Shown here: piece after piece, positions 40,682 through 50,557 of the stretch
Numbering within the stretch: the first letter of the stretch is position 1
Layout of the letters: each line of letters begins with the position of its first letter
Assembly (NCBI GenBank): GCA_900766645.1
Contig: CAAFWD010000215.1
Location: 215 to 64,214, forward strand
DNA from: an uncultured Cetobacterium sp.
GTDB lineage: Bacteria; Fusobacteriota; Fusobacteriia; Fusobacteriales; Fusobacteriaceae
Direction: 5' to 3'
Length of the DNA stretch: 64,000 bases
The notes under the pieces: generated by a model
What the model saw: only the letters and a program-made list of their open reading frames with translations
Told to the model about the DNA's origin: nothing
Database searches by the model: none
Program-made: the position numbers and the translations under genes

Positions 40682-42202
40682 GTGAATAATTATATCTTAG
40701 AAATGAAGAACATAAGAAAAACTTTCCTAGATGGTAAGGTTATTGCCAATGATGATATCACTCTTAAAATTATTAAGGGAGAAAAACATGCTATCGTTGG
40801 GGAAAATGGTGCTGGAAAGTCAACTCTTATGAAAATGTTAAACGGTCTTTACATGCCTACATCTGGGCAAATTTTTTATCATGGTAAAGAGGTTGAAATA
40901 GATTCGCCTAGTAAGGCTGCTGCTTTAGGTATTGGAATGGTTTATCAACACTTTATGCTTGTTCCTACTCTTACTGTTGCAGAGAATATGATACTAGGTG
41001 TGGAACCAAAGAAAGGGATGAGTCTTGATATCCAAAAAGCTAGAGAAGATGTGAAAAAAGTATCTGAAAAATATGGTCTTGCAATAAATCCTGATGCTCT
41101 TGTTTCAGATCTTTCTATTGGAATGCAACAAAGAGTAGAGATTTTAAAAATACTTTTTAAAGGAGCTAATCTTCTAGTTTTTGATGAACCTACTGCGGTA
41201 TTAACTCCACAAGAGATTAGAGAACTTTACAAAATAATGGACAATCTTATCGCTGAAGGAAAAACAATTATCTTTATCTCTCATAAACTTCAAGAAGTTT
41301 TAGATATCTCTGATAATATAACTGTTATTAGACGTGGAAAGGATATTGCAAATTTTCCTACTGCTGAAGCTACAAAAGAAAAGATAGCTAATGCTATGGT
41401 TGGAAGAGCTGTTTTATTTACTACTGAAAGACCTGAAGTTGAAATCGGAGAAAACGTTTTAACTGTTACAAATTTAACTGTTAAAGATCATCTAGGGGTA
41501 ATCAAAGTAAATGACGCCTCATTTACTATTAATAAAGGTGAAGTTTTAGGAATTGCCGGAGTTGAGGGAAGCGGTCAAACTGAATTAGTTGAAACTTTAA
41601 CTGGATTGAGAGTTCCTTCTCAAGGAGAAATGGTCCTTGACGGTGTAGTTTTAAAGAAAAAAACACCTAGAAAAATATCTTTACTTGGACTAGCACATAT
41701 TCCTGAAGACAGACATAAAAGAGCTGCTATTGCTCAGTTTAGTGTTATGGAAAATTTTGCTCTAGGGCTTGAAAGAGACGAATATTCTAATCACGGACTT
41801 ATTAATTTCTCAAAATTAAGAAAAGATGCTGAAATGTATATGGAAAAATATGATGTTAGACCTCGTAGTGTCGATACTGCTTTTGGAAGATTATCTGGTG
41901 GAAACCAACAAAAGATAATAGTTGCTAGAGAGTTAGAAAAGAAGAATAACAATCTTATTATAGCTGGACAACCAACTAGAGGGGTTGACATTGGAGCTAT
42001 TGAATCGATACATAAACTTATCTTAAATGAAAAAGCTAAAGGAAAAGCTGTCATGGTAGTTTCATCTGAACTATCAGAGGTACTGAATCTTTCTGATAAA
42101 ATAGCTGTTATGTGTGCAGGAAAAATAACTGGTATCCTTTCTAGAGAGGAAGCTAACGAGGAGAAATTAGGAATACTTATGGCGGGTGGTAAACTTGATT
42201 AA
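40682..42202 (+). CDS. Nucleoside/sugar (CUT2) ABC transporter ATPase, two NBDs (NupA/YufO-like)
   Basis: GENGAGKS, GMVYQHF, DEPTAVLTPQE, IPEDR, LSGGNQQK, QPTRGVD. Confidence 0.92.
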   Translation: MNNYILEMKNIRKTFLDGKVIANDDITLKIIKGEKHAIVGENGAGKSTLMKMLNGLYMPTSGQIFYHGKEVEIDSPSKAAALGIGMVYQHFMLVPTLTVAENMILGVEPKKGMSLDIQKAREDVKKVSEKYGLAINPDALVSDLSIGMQQRVEILKILFKGANLLVFDEPTAVLTPQEIRELYKIMDNLIAEGKTIIFISHKLQEVLDISDNITVIRRGKDIANFPTAEATKEKIANAMVGRAVLFTTERPEVEIGENVLTVTNLTVKDHLGVIKVNDASFTINKGEVLGIAGVEGSGQTELVETLTGLRVPSQGEMVLDGVVLKKKTPRKISLLGLAHIPEDRHKRAAIAQFSVMENFALGLERDEYSNHGLINFSKLRKDAEMYMEKYDVRPRSVDTAFGRLSGGNQQKIIVARELEKKNNNLIIAGQPTRGVDIGAIESIHKLILNEKAKGKAVMVVSSELSEVLNLSDKIAVMCAGKITGILSREEANEEKLGILMAGGKLD

Positions 42203-43244
42203 AAATAAAAAGATTTTAAATATACTTGTTCCAATTATTGCTGTTTTAGTAGCACTTTTAATTGGAGCTGGAATAATTTTATACATGGGTGAAAATCCTA
42301 TTACAGCATATTACTACTTATTTACTGGAGCTTTCGATGGGGTTACCCCTATCGCTAGAACTCTTTTAGAAGCAACTCCACTTATTTTTACTGGACTTGC
42401 TGTTCTTATCGCCTTTAAAGGAGGTATGTTTAATATCGGTGCTCAAGGTCAAATGGTTATTGCTGGTCTTACTGCAGCAGCTATTGGTGGATTTGTCACT
42501 AATATTTTTATTAGTAATGTATTTGTTATCTTAATTGCTGGTGGTTTAGCTGGTTTTTTCTGGGCTTCTATTGCTGGTTATCTAAAAGCAAAATTAGGAG
42601 TACATGAAGTTATTTCAACTATTATGCTTAACTATATTGCTATAAATTTTGAACAATACTGTCTAAACTATCCCTTAAAAGCCCCAGGTTATAACCCTCA
42701 AACTCCTTCAGTTATTGAAGCTGCTAGATTGGGTAAACTTTTAGATATTAGAGTTCCTTTAAATTACGGATTTATTTTAGCATTAATTGCTGTATTTTTA
42801 GTTTGGTTTATACTGGAAAAAACTGTTCTAGGTTATCATATAAAGGCTGTTGGATATAATCCTACTGCTGCTGAAAATAATGGTATTAATGTAAAGTTTA
42901 CTATTCTTTTAACTCTTGGAATTTCAGGTTTTTTAGCTGGTTTAGGTGGTGTTGAAAGAGTTCTTGGTGGTGTAGGTCAATATGCTTATAAAACTGGAAT
43001 TACTGCTACTTATGGTTTTGATGGTATTGCTGTTGCTCTTCTTGGAAAAAACAATCCTATAGGTGCTCTTCTTGCTGCTATATTATTTGCTGCTCTTAGA
43101 GTTGGTGGTAGAGCTATGCAGTTTAATACTGAAGTTCCTAGCCAGATGGTTATTATGATTCAAGCTATTATAATTCTTTTAATTGCTGCTGAAAATATGA
43201 TTAGATCTTGGTTAGAAAAAGGTTCAAAAGGAGGAGCTGAATAA
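42186..43244 (+). CDS. Nucleoside ABC transporter permease (NupB-like)
   Basis: TPLIFTGL, FNIGAQGQ, EVISTIMLNYIA, GFDGIAVALLG. Confidence 0.9.
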   Translation: MVNLIKNKKILNILVPIIAVLVALLIGAGIILYMGENPITAYYYLFTGAFDGVTPIARTLLEATPLIFTGLAVLIAFKGGMFNIGAQGQMVIAGLTAAAIGGFVTNIFISNVFVILIAGGLAGFFWASIAGYLKAKLGVHEVISTIMLNYIAINFEQYCLNYPLKAPGYNPQTPSVIEAARLGKLLDIRVPLNYGFILALIAVFLVWFILEKTVLGYHIKAVGYNPTAAENNGINVKFTILLTLGISGFLAGLGGVERVLGGVGQYAYKTGITATYGFDGIAVALLGKNNPIGALLAAILFAALRVGGRAMQFNTEVPSQMVIMIQAIIILLIAAENMIRSWLEKGSKGGAE

Positions 43245-44125
43245 TGATGAATATTATTATTAGTTTGATTTTAGCTACAATAAGACAAGCTGCTCCAATT
43301 CTAATTACAGCAATTGGTGGTATGTTTTCAGAGGTTTCTGGAGTTGTTAATATTGGTTTAGAAGGTATGATGCTTATGGGTGCTTTTGCATCAGCAGTTA
43401 TATCTTATTATACTGGAAGTTGGGTTTTAGGTATTTTAGCTGGAGCTATTACTGGTGGAATTGTTGCCTTTATTCATGCTATAATTAGTATAAAGTATAA
43501 AGGTAATCAAACTGTTTCTGGAGTTGCAATTAATCTTTTTGCATCTGGTTTTACTATATTCATGCTTAGAATTTTATTTGAACAAGCTTCAAATAGTCCA
43601 TCTGCAACTAGAATTCCTCTTGTATTCAATTTTTCTCTTTTAATATATATAATTTATGGTATTGCTATTTGGGCAAACTATTTCTTATATAAAACTGTTA
43701 CAGGTCTTAGACTTAGAGCAGTTGGAGAATATCCTCTTGCTGCTGATACTGTAGGTATCAGTGTTGAAAGGATTAGATATTTTGGAGTTATTATGTCTGG
43801 TGTTTTAGCAGGACTTGGCGGAACTTATCTTTCAATCGGTGCCCTTAGTCAATTTTCTAAAGAAATGTCTGCAGGTAGAGGATTTATAGCTCTTGCAGCT
43901 CTTGTTTTTGGAAAATGGAAACCTAAAGGTGTTCTTTTTGCAAGTTTACTATTTGGATTTGCTGATGCTGCTCAAACAGTTATACAGCAACATGTTCACT
44001 TTATTCCTCCACAATTTATACAAATGATTCCTTATATTTTAACACTTCTAGCTCTAGCTGGAGTTGTTGGTAAAGCTGTCGCACCAAGTGCTTCTGGTAA
44101 ACCATACGACAAAAATACAATTTAA
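43244..44125 (+). CDS. Nucleoside ABC transporter permease (NupC-like)
   Basis: SGVVNIGLEG, GLRLRAVGE, GRGFIALAA..FG.W.P, PY. Confidence 0.9.
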   Translation: MMNIIISLILATIRQAAPILITAIGGMFSEVSGVVNIGLEGMMLMGAFASAVISYYTGSWVLGILAGAITGGIVAFIHAIISIKYKGNQTVSGVAINLFASGFTIFMLRILFEQASNSPSATRIPLVFNFSLLIYIIYGIAIWANYFLYKTVTGLRLRAVGEYPLAADTVGISVERIRYFGVIMSGVLAGLGGTYLSIGALSQFSKEMSAGRGFIALAALVFGKWKPKGVLFASLLFGFADAAQTVIQQHVHFIPPQFIQMIPYILTLLALAGVVGKAVAPSASGKPYDKNTI

Positions 44126-44141
44126 AATATGGAAGGTGATT

Positions 44142-45053
44142 ATGAACAAAGAAAAATTTTCAAGTATTGGGGGACAAGCTGTTATTGAAGGGGTTATGAT
44201 GAGAAACGCTGACCTTCTTGCTACAGCAGTTAGAAAACCTAATGGTGATATTGTATATAAAAAAACTAGAATTTCAAAAAATAGAAGCAAGCTTTCTACA
44301 ATTCCTTTTTTAAGAGGAGCTGTCACACTATTTGATGCTCTTGTTTTAGGAGTTAAAGAACTTACTTTCTCTGCTAACGAAGCTGAGGTTGAAGAGGAAC
44401 AGCTTTCTCAAAAAGAAGCTATTATGACTACTATTTTCTCTCTATCCTTAGGAATAGGTCTCTTTATTGTACTTCCTTCAATCATTAGTAGTTTTTTATT
44501 TAAAGATAATAAAATCCACAGTAATTTTACTGAAGCTACTTTAAGACTTTTGTTCTTTGTTCTATATATTTTTTTAATATCTCTATCTAAAGATATTCAA
44601 AGAGTTTTCCAATATCATGGAGCTGAACATAAATCAATATATGCTTATGAAAACGGATTGGAATTGACTCCTGAAAATGCAAAAAAATTTACTACTTTAC
44701 ATCCTAGATGTGGAACTAGTTTTTTATTGATTGTTATGCTTGTGGCTATCATAGTTTTTACAACTTTAGATTTTATTCTTCCTCCACCTACAAGTTTTCC
44801 TATGAAATTACTTACTAAAGTGGTTTTAAGAGTATTATTCATGCCTTTAATTGCTGGAATTTCTTATGAATTCCAAAGATATACAAGTAATCATTTAGAT
44901 AATTTTTTTGTTAAGCTAATCGCATATCCAGGAATGGCTCTTCAAAAAATGACAACTAAAGAACCTGATTTAGATCAACTTGAGGTAGCTATAGTTGCTA
45001 TGAAAGTAGTTTTAAATGAAGATGTTCCAAATGCTACAGAAGTTTTTAGATAA
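44142..45053 (+). CDS. DUF1385 (YqhQ-like) membrane protein
   Basis: IGGQAVIEGVMM, RVFQYHGAEHK, HPRCGTSF, LQK.TT.EP; ATG at 44142 follows AAGGTG. Confidence 0.9.
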   Translation: MNKEKFSSIGGQAVIEGVMMRNADLLATAVRKPNGDIVYKKTRISKNRSKLSTIPFLRGAVTLFDALVLGVKELTFSANEAEVEEEQLSQKEAIMTTIFSLSLGIGLFIVLPSIISSFLFKDNKIHSNFTEATLRLLFFVLYIFLISLSKDIQRVFQYHGAEHKSIYAYENGLELTPENAKKFTTLHPRCGTSFLLIVMLVAIIVFTTLDFILPPPTSFPMKLLTKVVLRVLFMPLIAGISYEFQRYTSNHLDNFFVKLIAYPGMALQKMTTKEPDLDQLEVAIVAMKVVLNEDVPNATEVFR

Positions 45054-45056
45054 TTT

Positions 45057-45088
45057 AAAGACAGCTCGATTTGAGCTGTCTTTTTTTT
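45057..45088 (+). terminator. Intrinsic terminator
   Basis: AAAGACAGCTC-GATTT-GAGCTGTCTTT followed by T run. Confidence 0.85.
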
Positions 45089-45099
45089 ATTAAAAGTCC

Positions 45100-45128
45100 T
45101 TGATAAAATTCTCTAAGAGTAGTATAGT
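45100..45128 (+). promoter_or_regulatory. Putative promoter of Cys-rich gene/clpB
   Basis: TTGATA-17 bp-TATAGT. Confidence 0.6.
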
Positions 45129-45161
45129 AGGTTTAAGAGTATTATTTGGGAGGTATTAATT

Positions 45162-45464
45162 ATGAATTATAAATTTAATCAGAATAGGGCTTGTGAATTT
45201 TTCCCTTGTCATAAAATGGAAAATCTAGATGACTTTAATTGTATGTTTTGTTACTGCCCTTTATATATGTTAGGTAAAAATTGTGGTGGTAATTATAAAT
45301 ATACTGCTGGTGGAATCAAAGATTGTTCTAACTGTTTACTTCCACATATTAAAGATGTAAGTTATGATCACGTTCAAAAGAAAATGTTAGAAGTTATTGA
45401 AATCGTTAGAAATGATCATCTTAGAGACATTGGGGAAGAAGATAAAATTATTGATATAAAATAA
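45162..45464 (+). CDS. Cysteine-rich small domain (zf-like) metal-binding protein
   Basis: CEFFPCH, FNCMFCYCPLY, CGG, KDCSNCLLPH. Confidence 0.85.
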   Translation: MNYKFNQNRACEFFPCHKMENLDDFNCMFCYCPLYMLGKNCGGNYKYTAGGIKDCSNCLLPHIKDVSYDHVQKKMLEVIEIVRNDHLRDIGEEDKIIDIK

Positions 45465-45497
45465 AAACTATTTTAATTTTGTAAGAGGTGATGTTTT

Positions 45498-48065
45498 ATG
45501 AATCCAAATGATTTTACAGAAAACTCTATGCTTGCACTAACAGAAGCTCAGGCTCTGTCACAAAAATATATGCAGCAGAGTATCAAACCTGAAATTTTAG
45601 CTCTAGCTCTTGTAGCTCAAAAAGAAGGGCTTATTATTCGTGTTCTTAATAAAATGGGAGTTAATACCAACTCTATCATTCTTAATTTAGAGGCACTTTG
45701 TGATAGGCTTCCTAAAGTTCAGGGAGGTTCTACTAATATTAATCTCGATCATAAAACTAATGAAATTCTCATTAAGGCTCAATCCTTAATGAAAAAAATG
45801 GAAGATTCATATATCAGTGTCGAACATATTTTTATGGCACTTTTAGATGAAACAACTTTTTTATCAAGTTTTGTTGATAGAAAAGAGTTTGAAAAAGCTA
45901 TTATAGAAATCAGAGGTAATAAAAAAGTTGATTCTCCTAATCCTGAACTTAAATATGAAGTTTTAGAAAAATATGGTCGTGATCTTGTTGAACTTGCAAG
46001 ACAAGGAAAAATAGATCCTATTATAGGTAGAGATGGAGAGATTAGAAGAACTATTCAAATCATTTCTAGAAGAACTAAAAACAATCCTGTTCTTATTGGA
46101 GAACCTGGTGTTGGTAAAACTGCTATTGCAGAAGGATTAGCTCAAAGAATTTTAAATGGAGATGTCCCTGATTCTTTAAAAAATAAAAAGTTATTCTCTC
46201 TTGATATGGGATCGTTAATCGCTGGTGCTAAGTTTAGAGGAGAATTTGAAGAAAGACTTAAAGCTGTTCTAAAAGAAGTTGAAGATTCTAATGGTGAAAT
46301 TATACTTTTCATTGATGAAATTCACACTATTGTAGGTGCTGGAAAGAGTGACGGTGCAATGGATGCTGGTAACCTTTTAAAACCTATGCTTGCCAGAGGA
46401 GAAGTTAGGGTTATTGGTGCTACTACTTTAGATGAATATAGAAAATATATAGAAAAAGACCCTGCTCTTGAAAGACGTTTCCAAGTTGTATTAGTTAACG
46501 AACCTACTGTAGAAGATACTATCTCTATACTTAGAGGTATCAAAGAGAAATTTGAAGTTTATCATGGTATCAGAATAACAGATGGTGCAATTGTTGAAGC
46601 TGCGACTTTAAGTCATAGATATATCCCTGATAGACAGCTTCCTGATAAAGCTATTGACCTTATTGATGAAGCTGCTGCTATGGTTAGAACAGAAATGGAT
46701 TCTATGCCAGAAGAATTAGATCAACTTACTAGAAAAGTTATGCAACTTGAAATTGAGAGAGAAGCTCTAAAAAAAGAAACCGACCCCTATTCAAAAGAAA
46801 GACTAGAAATTTTAGAAAAAGAACTTTCAAATCTAGTGGAAAGAAAATCTACTTTAAAAGCTCAATGGGAAAATGAAAAAAAAGATATGACTATCTTAAA
46901 AGATATTAAAGCTGAAATAGAAAATGTTAAACTTGAAATCCATGAAGCTGAAAGAAAATATGATCTTAATAGATTAGCTGAACTTAAATATGGTAAACTT
47001 GCTTCTCTTGAAAAGCAGCTTGTAGAAGAGCAAAAACGATTAGAAGAACAAACTGGTTCAGATAAACTTATAAAACAAGAGGTAACAGTTGAAGAAATCT
47101 CTGAAGTTATTTCTAAATGGACTGGAATTCCACTTTCTAAACTAATGGAAAGTGAAAAAGAAAAACTTCTTTCCTTAGAAGAAAATCTGAATAATAGAGT
47201 AGTTGGTCAAGAAGAAGCTGTTAAAGCCGTATCTGAAACTATTCTTAGAGCTCGTGCAGGCCTAAAAGATCCAAATAGACCTATCGGTTCATTTGTATTT
47301 TTAGGTCCTACAGGTGTTGGTAAAACATATTTAGCTAAATCTTTAGCTTATCTATTATTTGACGATGAAGAAAATGTTATCAGAATTGATATGAGTGAAT
47401 ATATGGATAAATTCTCGGTTACTAGACTTATTGGTGCCCCTCCGGGATACGTTGGGTACGATGAAGGTGGACAATTAACTGAAGCTGTCAGAAGAAAACC
47501 ATACTCTGTTATTCTTTTCGATGAAATCGAAAAAGCTCATCCTGATACTTTCAATGTTCTTCTTCAAGTTTTAGATGATGGTAGGTTAACAGATGGTCAA
47601 GGGAAAGTTGTTGATTTTAAAAATACTCTTATAATAATGACATCTAATATTGGTAGTCATCTTATTCTAAGTGATCCTTCTTTGAATGAAAAAACTAGAG
47701 AAGAAATTCAAAAACTACTTTTAGCTAATTTTAGACCTGAATTTTTAAATAGAATTGATGAAACTATTATATTTAAAGGCCTAGAACTAAAAGAGATTAA
47801 AGGAATTGTAAAACAACTTCTAATATCTTTAGAAGAAAAATTAAAAGATAAAAAAATCAATTTTAACATTACAGATTCTGCTATTGAATTTTTAGCTAAA
47901 TCTTCTTATGACCCACAATTTGGAGCTAGACCTCTAAGAAGATATATTCAAAAATATATTGAGACAGAGATAGCTAAAATAATTTTAAAAGGTGAAATCA
48001 AAGAAAGAGAATCTATTCTTATTGATTTTGATGGAGAAAAAATAATTTTTAAAACTTCAGTATAA
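45498..48065 (+). CDS. clpB: ClpB disaggregase
   Basis: Two AAA+ modules ([16 protein letters not shown]), long M-domain coiled coil, PPGYVGY, GARPLRR. Confidence 0.93.
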   Translation: MNPNDFTENSMLALTEAQALSQKYMQQSIKPEILALALVAQKEGLIIRVLNKMGVNTNSIILNLEALCDRLPKVQGGSTNINLDHKTNEILIKAQSLMKKMEDSYISVEHIFMALLDETTFLSSFVDRKEFEKAIIEIRGNKKVDSPNPELKYEVLEKYGRDLVELARQGKIDPIIGRDGEIRRTIQIISRRTKNNPVLIGEPGVGKTAIAEGLAQRILNGDVPDSLKNKKLFSLDMGSLIAGAKFRGEFEERLKAVLKEVEDSNGEIILFIDEIHTIVGAGKSDGAMDAGNLLKPMLARGEVRVIGATTLDEYRKYIEKDPALERRFQVVLVNEPTVEDTISILRGIKEKFEVYHGIRITDGAIVEAATLSHRYIPDRQLPDKAIDLIDEAAAMVRTEMDSMPEELDQLTRKVMQLEIEREALKKETDPYSKERLEILEKELSNLVERKSTLKAQWENEKKDMTILKDIKAEIENVKLEIHEAERKYDLNRLAELKYGKLASLEKQLVEEQKRLEEQTGSDKLIKQEVTVEEISEVISKWTGIPLSKLMESEKEKLLSLEENLNNRVVGQEEAVKAVSETILRARAGLKDPNRPIGSFVFLGPTGVGKTYLAKSLAYLLFDDEENVIRIDMSEYMDKFSVTRLIGAPPGYVGYDEGGQLTEAVRRKPYSVILFDEIEKAHPDTFNVLLQVLDDGRLTDGQGKVVDFKNTLIIMTSNIGSHLILSDPSLNEKTREEIQKLLLANFRPEFLNRIDETIIFKGLELKEIKGIVKQLLISLEEKLKDKKINFNITDSAIEFLAKSSYDPQFGARPLRRYIQKYIETEIAKIILKGEIKERESILIDFDGEKIIFKTSV

Positions 48066-48067
48066 CT

Positions 48068-48103
48068 AAAAAATAGAGATAGGTTTTCCTATCTCTATTT
48101 TTT
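48068..48103 (+). terminator. Terminator after clpB
   Basis: AAAATAGAGATAGG-TTTT-CCTATCTCTATTTT. Confidence 0.88.
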
Positions 48104-48106
48104 CTA

Positions 48107-48135
48107 TTGACATTTTCTAAAAAAAATGTTATTAT
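48107..48135 (+). promoter_or_regulatory. Dedicated promoter of solitary 5S rRNA gene
   Basis: TTGACA-17 bp-TATTAT with extended -10 TGn. Confidence 0.7.
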
Positions 48136-48141
48136 AATTTA

Positions 48142-48259
48142 GCTTGGTAACGATAGCTACGGTGATACACCCAGTAACATTTCGAACCTGGAAGTTAAGA
48201 CCGTAAACGCCAAAAGTACTTGGGGGGCAGCCCCCTGGGAGGATAGGAAGTTGCCAAGC
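48142..48259 (+). rRNA. rrf: 5S rRNA (orphan, no adjacent 16S/23S)
   Basis: Helix I GCTTGGTAAC/GTTGCCAAGC, ACACC, CGAAC loop, GAAGTTAAG, AGTACT, GGGGG-CAG-CCCCC, GGGAG.ATAGG; about 118 nt. Confidence 0.93.
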
Positions 48260-48300
48260 TTTTTTATTGGCTGATTGATAAAAAAATCTAAAAATATCTA

Positions 48301-48338
48301 AAAAAGGACCATGATAACTAATTTATCTGGTCCTTTTT
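48301..48338. terminator. Bidirectional terminator downstream of sepF
   Basis: AAAAAGGACCA.GATAA...TTATC.TGGTCCTTTTT. Confidence 0.75.
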
Positions 48339-48344
48339 GCATTG

Positions 48345-48665
48345 TTATTTTTTGTTATATCTAGGAATAATCTCCTCTTCTTCATCAAATCTTGCACTTG
48401 CAATATCCTTTGAAACCTCTTTATATTCAAGTTGATAAGATTTATTCTTAGGTATTGAACAATATATTTTATCACCTGGATTTATAATTTGTCCATCTTG
48501 GATATGAACTGCTCCGCTTACAAAATCCAGTATTCTTTGTGATTTTTCTGGATCTAAGTCACTTAAATTTATATGTACTATTTTTTCAGCTTTTATATAC
48601 TCAATACACTTTAAGCAATCCTCAAATCTCATAGGTTTTAAAAAAACTATATCGTAATCTGCCAT
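48345..48665 (-). CDS. sepF: Cell division protein SepF family
   Basis: KP..FED, VHINL, QRILDFVSGA; ATG at 48665 follows AAAGGGGTGA. Confidence 0.8.
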   Translation of the reverse strand: MADYDIVFLKPMRFEDCLKCIEYIKAEKIVHINLSDLDPEKSQRILDFVSGAVHIQDGQIINPGDKIYCSIPKNKSYQLEYKEVSKDIASARFDEEEEIIPRYNKK

Positions 48666-48699
48666 TTTAATCACCCCTTTTATTTTGATTATACACTAT

Positions 48700-49644
48700 T
48701 TAGATATTTTCTACTACTTTTTTTATAATATCCTCAGCTGAAAGATCTGATGCAAACCCAGCAGCCTTAATATGCCCGCCGCCACCGAACAAGGCAGCTA
48801 CAGCATTAACATCCTTATCATGTTTACTTCTTAAACTTCCTTTTATCTTTCCGTTAGGCTCTCCTCTTAAAAATAAAGAAGCTTCACTTTCATTATAATT
48901 TAATAACTCCTCTACTAATCCTTCTGTTTCATCCTTAGTTGCTCCTACAGTTTGTAAAAACTCATATGGAAGATAGAAGTAACTTAATTTTTTTTCAGAA
49001 TCAAATTTCATTTCGCTTAAAGCTTTTCCTAAGATTCTTAATCTCGCCAATGATTTTGATTTAAAAAAGTCATTAACTATTTTATTATTATTAACCCCTA
49101 GCTTCATTAAATTAGCTGCAACTTTAAATGTATTTTCACTAACATTACTATGAGCAAAATTTCCTGTATCATTTACTAACCCTAAATACATTGCCTCACC
49201 CATCTCTAAAGTTATCTCTATTCCTAAATCTTCTAATATCCCATACATTAATTCAGATGTTGATGAAATATCCTCTACTATATTTATATCTCCATATTTT
49301 GAATTACTTATATGGTGATCTATGTTTATTTTAAATGTATCTTTTATAATTTCTACTACGTCACCTATTCTATCTAAAGTAGCTGAATCTACTAAGATAG
49401 CAAGATCATAATTTTCATCTTTAATATCTTTAATATTTTTTATTTTTTCTATACCCTTTAAAAAAGCTATATTTTTAGGTATTGGATCTTGGATTACAAA
49501 TTCTATTTTTTTATTAGGATATTTCTTTTCTAATCCTAATAACAATGCCAATCCAGATCCTATTATATCTCCATCAGGATTTATATGCCCTGATATTATA
49601 ATGCTTTTAGCATCTTCTATTTTGTTTTTTATATCATTTATCAT
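48700..49644 (-). CDS. nrnA: DHH/DHHA1 oligoribonuclease/pAp phosphatase
   Basis: HINPDGD, IDHH, DTGNF, SLRS, GGGHIKAAG; ATG at 49644 preferred. Confidence 0.9.
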   Translation of the reverse strand: MINDIKNKIEDAKSIIISGHINPDGDIIGSGLALLLGLEKKYPNKKIEFVIQDPIPKNIAFLKGIEKIKNIKDIKDENYDLAILVDSATLDRIGDVVEIIKDTFKINIDHHISNSKYGDINIVEDISSTSELMYGILEDLGIEITLEMGEAMYLGLVNDTGNFAHSNVSENTFKVAANLMKLGVNNNKIVNDFFKSKSLARLRILGKALSEMKFDSEKKLSYFYLPYEFLQTVGATKDETEGLVEELLNYNESEASLFLRGEPNGKIKGSLRSKHDKDVNAVAALFGGGGHIKAAGFASDLSAEDIIKKVVENI

Positions 49645-50545
49645 TTTTTTCCTTCCAATCCTTTGCATTAAAATCTAAATCGAATGTATACCCTCTTCCC
49701 ATAACTTCGTGAACATCTGAAACAACTACAAAGGCTTCTTTATCGACTTCAGTTATCAACTCTTTTAATAAATGTATTTCTCTACTTCTAAGTACTGTTG
49801 TAATTACGTCTCTATCTGATTGACTAAACAGTGCTTTTGCAACATAATGATTTCCTGTTTTTCCTAGATCCTCAACTATTATTTTTCTAACTTTCTCTAT
49901 TTCAGAAGTTACAATATAAGCCATTTTAGCATTTCCCATACCATTAATTATTTTATTTATTACAACTCCTGTTGCATATAAGTTAATTAATGCGTATAAT
50001 GCTTTTTCAGCTCCAAATATATACCCAGCTAATATAACTATTGTTGAATCTACCATTATTAATCCTTGTCCTATAGGGATTTTTAAATATTTATTTAAAA
50101 TTCCTGAAACAATATCACTTCCACCTGTTGTTCCACCATTTTTTATAACTGTTCCAAGTCCTACTCCCATTAAAACTCCTCCATAAAGAGTTCCTAATAT
50201 AATACTTGTTGGATTTGAAAAATCTATAAATTGATTTATATGTGGAAATAAAACTTTTATCAGTTCTACGTTTAGTGATAAAAACGATATTCCAGCTAAT
50301 GTTTTAGCTCCATAAGCTTTTCCAAAAACTTTAATTCCAATTATAAACAGCGGAATATTTATCGCAAAGATCAATGTTCCTACTGGAATTTTTGTAATAT
50401 AGTTTATTAAAATCGCAGCTCCTGTAGCTCCTCCTGGTGCTAAATTTGATGGTACTAAAAATGCATTTATTGCTATTGATGCAATTACTGTTCCTATGAA
50501 TATAAATACATAGTCTTTTAAAATTTTAATCTTTTTTCTTTTCAC
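49634..50545 (-). CDS. YitT-family membrane protein
   Basis: LAPGGATG, INIPLF, GGTTGGSDI, D.EAF....V.EV.GRG. Confidence 0.9.
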   Translation of the reverse strand: MKRKKIKILKDYVFIFIGTVIASIAINAFLVPSNLAPGGATGAAILINYITKIPVGTLIFAINIPLFIIGIKVFGKAYGAKTLAGISFLSLNVELIKVLFPHINQFIDFSNPTSIILGTLYGGVLMGVGLGTVIKNGGTTGGSDIVSGILNKYLKIPIGQGLIMVDSTIVILAGYIFGAEKALYALINLYATGVVINKIINGMGNAKMAYIVTSEIEKVRKIIVEDLGKTGNHYVAKALFSQSDRDVITTVLRSREIHLLKELITEVDKEAFVVVSDVHEVMGRGYTFDLDFNAKDWKEKNDK

Positions 50546-50557
50546 TTTAATCCCCCG

